Below, piece after piece: positions 25,580 through 27,755 of a stretch of 27,755 bases of DNA; positions within the stretch are counted from its first letter, which is position 1, and every line of letters begins with the position of its first letter. Made by a program: the position numbers and the translations under genes. The notes under the pieces were generated by a model. It was not told the origin of the DNA, searched no databases, and worked only from the letters and a program-made list of their open reading frames with translations. Where the stretch lies: positions 1-27,755 of the IMG/VR virus record IMGVR_UViG_3300037424_000364; one strand, 5' to 3'. The stretch comes from a virus (lineage: Duplodnaviria > Caudoviricetes).

Positions 25580-25629
25580 ACGGATAAGCCGTCACAACTC
25601 TCCGGAGAGAATTGGGACGGGCTATCCAT
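25580..25629 (-). ncRNA. Conserved intergenic hairpin, copy E5
   Basis: AUGGAUA-GC-CCGUC...GACGG-CU-UAUCCGU. Confidence 0.65.
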
Positions 25630-25641
25630 GCCCAATTGACC

Positions 25642-26136
25642 CTAGCCGTCGATGGTTGACCATCCGTAGGGGACGTATCCGACGGGGATACGTGGAAAGT
25701 TATGGGCCGGCTTAGGTTCCGGTTCCGATTCTGGCAACTCGACAAATTCGGCCCGACCATCGACGAAGAAGGGCATGCACTTCTGACCGGTTGCAATGCC
25801 GATGCGTTTGACGTATCCCCTTGCGTCGTCAAGGCGTGAACGATAGCACGCAACGGTCAACCGTTGGCTAGCATCGGCAAACCGCTTCCCGTCGGCGTCA
25901 TACCAAACACCTGTTGACACACCATCCAAGGTGTACCCGCCAAAGTATCGGCCAACGGTTTCCAGCAATGCGGAAACGACCGATTGCGGGATAGCTTCCC
26001 CGTTGTTGAATCGCACGGGGATGAGAGTTGACCAAACGACGGTATCTGCCGGCTTGGGTTCCGCCGGCTTGGTACAGCGGTGGAAGCGTTCTATCGCTTC
26101 GTCGTTAAGTCTGGACATGGTTTCAAGACAATGCAT
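25642..26136 (-). CDS. Hypothetical early protein
   Basis: SD GGAG; 'LIPVRFNNG..I.......FGGYT....G.W...DG' block. Confidence 0.75.
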   Translation of the reverse strand: MHCLETMSRLNDEAIERFHRCTKPAEPKPADTVVWSTLIPVRFNNGEAIPQSVVSALLETVGRYFGGYTLDGVSTGVWYDADGKRFADASQRLTVACYRSRLDDARGYVKRIGIATGQKCMPFFVDGRAEFVELPESEPEPKPAHNFPRIPVGYVPYGWSTIDG

Positions 26137-26164
26137 AGGTGTACTCCAAGGTTAATTGTGGCTT

Positions 26165-26224
26165 GCCTCATCAGTAGCGTGTGGACCACACACTCTAGAC
26201 CGACACTCCGTTGTCGGTTTCGGC
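26165..26224 (-). ncRNA. Hammerhead ribozyme, type II
   Basis: Minus strand reads GCC-GAAA-CCGACA(ACGGAG)UGUCGG-UC^UAGAGUGUG(UGGUC)CACACGCUA-CUGAUGA-GGC: complete catalytic core, three stems, GUC cleavage triplet. Confidence 0.9.
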
Positions 26225-26230
26225 TACTCG

Positions 26231-26332
26231 TTACCTCCAGACTGTAATGGGGTAGGCGACGGCAGCAACCGTCACGATGAGAATCAACCAATCGTACACA
26301 CGTGCCAAGATCATATCAGGTGTCGGGTGCAT
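26231..26332 (-). CDS. Small single-TM peptide (33 aa)
   Basis: MHPTPDMILARVYDWLILIVTVAAVAYPITVWR; GAGGG upstream; fills the gap before the ribozyme. Confidence 0.6.
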   Translation of the reverse strand: MHPTPDMILARVYDWLILIVTVAAVAYPITVWR

Positions 26333-26336
26333 CGAA

Positions 26337-26624
26337 TCAACCCTCATTCTCACAAAGGAAGTGGTAGAGCGTTTCAACGTCGATAACAATCATGCCAGTT
26401 GCACTATCACAGCTAGCAAAGACTTTACATGATGAAATGCGACCGACTACGGTTCCGCAATAGACAAGGCAGATTGGCTTGAACTGGTCGATGTCAGCCG
26501 ATCGACAAAACAACGCTAATTCAGATGGAGAAATGCCGCGTTCAATTAACGCTTGCCAAGCGTCGGCCGGCGGAGCGGTTTCCGTGCGTGCTAGTTCTTC
26601 GATAAGCTTTTCGTGGTAGGTCAT
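26337..26624 (-). CDS. Hypothetical protein, first gene of the leftward early operon
   Basis: SD AGGGGAG, ATG start. Confidence 0.72.
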   Translation of the reverse strand: MTYHEKLIEELARTETAPPADAWQALIERGISPSELALFCRSADIDQFKPICLVYCGTVVGRISSCKVFASCDSATGMIVIDVETLYHFLCENEG

Positions 26625-26659
26625 TGTTGCACTCCCCTGTAGATTCTGTTGACTAATGC

Positions 26660-26700
26660 CTCTATATACATACTAGCACGGATTAGTAGCCGTGCAGGCC
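26660..26700 (-). promoter_or_regulatory. Putative early promoter with an overlapping operator dyad
   Basis: Minus-strand CTGCAC-N16-TAGTAT; IR GCACGG-N8-CCGTGC (26676-26695) spans the spacer. Confidence 0.4.
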
Positions 26701-26967
26701 TATTTTCCTTGTGTTGGCTGGAATTCCTTTGTGTTGGGTGGAATTGTAGTGGTTAGGTAATTTGGGTAATTTTGTGGTTTGACAGTATATATATGTATGT
26801 TTGAAAGTTTACTGTTTTTTAGGCTTGTAGTCAAACTGACCGCCGCCGGCCTAATTCGACTGTAGTCAAATTGATATCACCCGATCGGGTGCTCTAGTCG
26901 TATCATACACCTACTGTGGTGGCATTACACCATGCGTCAGTATGTTTACTAGTAGTGCCACACGCCA

Positions 26968-27024
26968 TAACCTGTTGATACATAACAAGTTAGGTGCATA
27001 GGCGACAACCATGGTACGACAACC
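26968..27024. repeat. Orphan att-arm-like module: 25-bp dyad plus two CGACAACC repeats
   Basis: TAACCTGTTGATACATAACAAGTTA (26968-26992); CGACAACC at 27003-27010 and 27017-27024. Confidence 0.6.
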
Positions 27025-27409
27025 ACAGGCGTTATTCTAGGGCATTATGTAACCGACATGGGTGGTATCCGGGGGGCCCCATTGCCACTCAGATGTTACC
27101 ACGCCCCCCCCGTTAGCGTGCGACACGGTAGTATCTATCCCCTACGGACAGCCATACTGAATTGCGGGAATAGGCGTCGGGGGCCCCAGTCGCCAGGGAC
27201 CCATCGCCATGGAAGCGCGTCAGAGGCCCACAGCGCCTCGCTAGAGCGCGCCTAGCGCTTTCGACGGGAAAAGAGTCAAGGGACCCATCGCGATGCGTTA
27301 GAATGGCGCTGTAGAGCGCCAATGGGAATCGAGGTTTTGCTCGCCACTCATTAGTGGCATTGGGCGTGTCTCGCGCGCGAGGATTAGTCTAAGACACACA
27401 TAAAGACAT

Positions 27410-27553
27410 TGGAAGATAGGAAAATGGAATATGCTCAGACACCCAGGTATAAACCCGGACAGAGACGGATTCAACCTAACATGAAGATTACTGGAAGATA
27501 GAAAAGTAGAAAGATGCTTTTTTGACCCAGGTACATAGACCAGGACGGATTCA
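27410..27553. repeat. Imperfect tandem repeat of about 82-bp period
   Basis: TGGAAGATAG...ATGCT...ACCCAGGTA...GACGGATTCA occurs twice (starts 27410 and 27492). Confidence 0.75.
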
Positions 27554-27659
27554 TTATAAATGACAGGTAAGCCTCACGTATACGAGACGAATCATCACTA
27601 AATTAGTTAACAAGAGGAGAGGAGGCGAGACCATGGAAAGTAAGTCTTTCTTCTTCCGG

Positions 27660-27712
27660 TAGTAATAGTAGTATATAATAATATATATATATTATATAAT
27701 TATTATCCTATA
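27660..27712. other. Almost pure A/T tract (possible origin unwinding element)
   Basis: TATATAATAATATATATATATTATATAATATTATTAT with dyad symmetry, downstream of the 82-bp repeats. Confidence 0.5.
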
Positions 27713-27755
27713 CTCAATACCAATACCAATCTCATCCCCATCCCCATGCCATACC

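Noticed and set aside
22551-25629. Repeated hairpins as a CRISPR array or intrinsic terminators
   Set aside because: They are separated by whole genes, sequence is not conserved as in CRISPR repeats, and there are no U-tracts after the stems
27058-27322. ORFs 27058-27255 (+) and 27113-27322 (-)
   Set aside because: Short, no convincing SD, overlapping a repeat- and hairpin-rich region, no recognisable motifs

Overview
A 27.8-kb piece of a temperate dsDNA bacteriophage, probably infecting a Planctomycetota host (inferred from the integrase family). It appears to be in the non-integrated form, because an intact attP-like site is present. 1-5400 (+): the 3' end of a very large virion/ejection-type protein, then six genes for envelope-directed proteins (permuted papain/NlpC-P60 amidase, C39-like lipoprotein peptidase, two thioredoxin-fold proteins, two membrane proteins) ending in a terminator. 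5440-5690: an attP-like site whose centre reads CMYYDI*, resembling the 3' end of glnA. 5982-26624 (-): one long leftward block containing nucleotide-metabolism enzymes, RusA-like resolvase, primase-polymerase, SF2 helicase, a diverged 0.5-kb tandem duplication, Cas4-like nuclease, DUF669, Sak4-like ATPase, xis, two regulators, a tyrosine integrase and many small early genes. The early genes are separated by a type II hammerhead ribozyme (26165-26224) and five copies of a covarying hairpin that I do not recognise. Most lie 27-31 nt upstream of the next start codon, which makes them a candidate RNA-processing system. 26640-27755 is non-coding, with promoter/operator, repeat and origin-like elements. 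All family assignments come from motif recognition by eye, not database searches.
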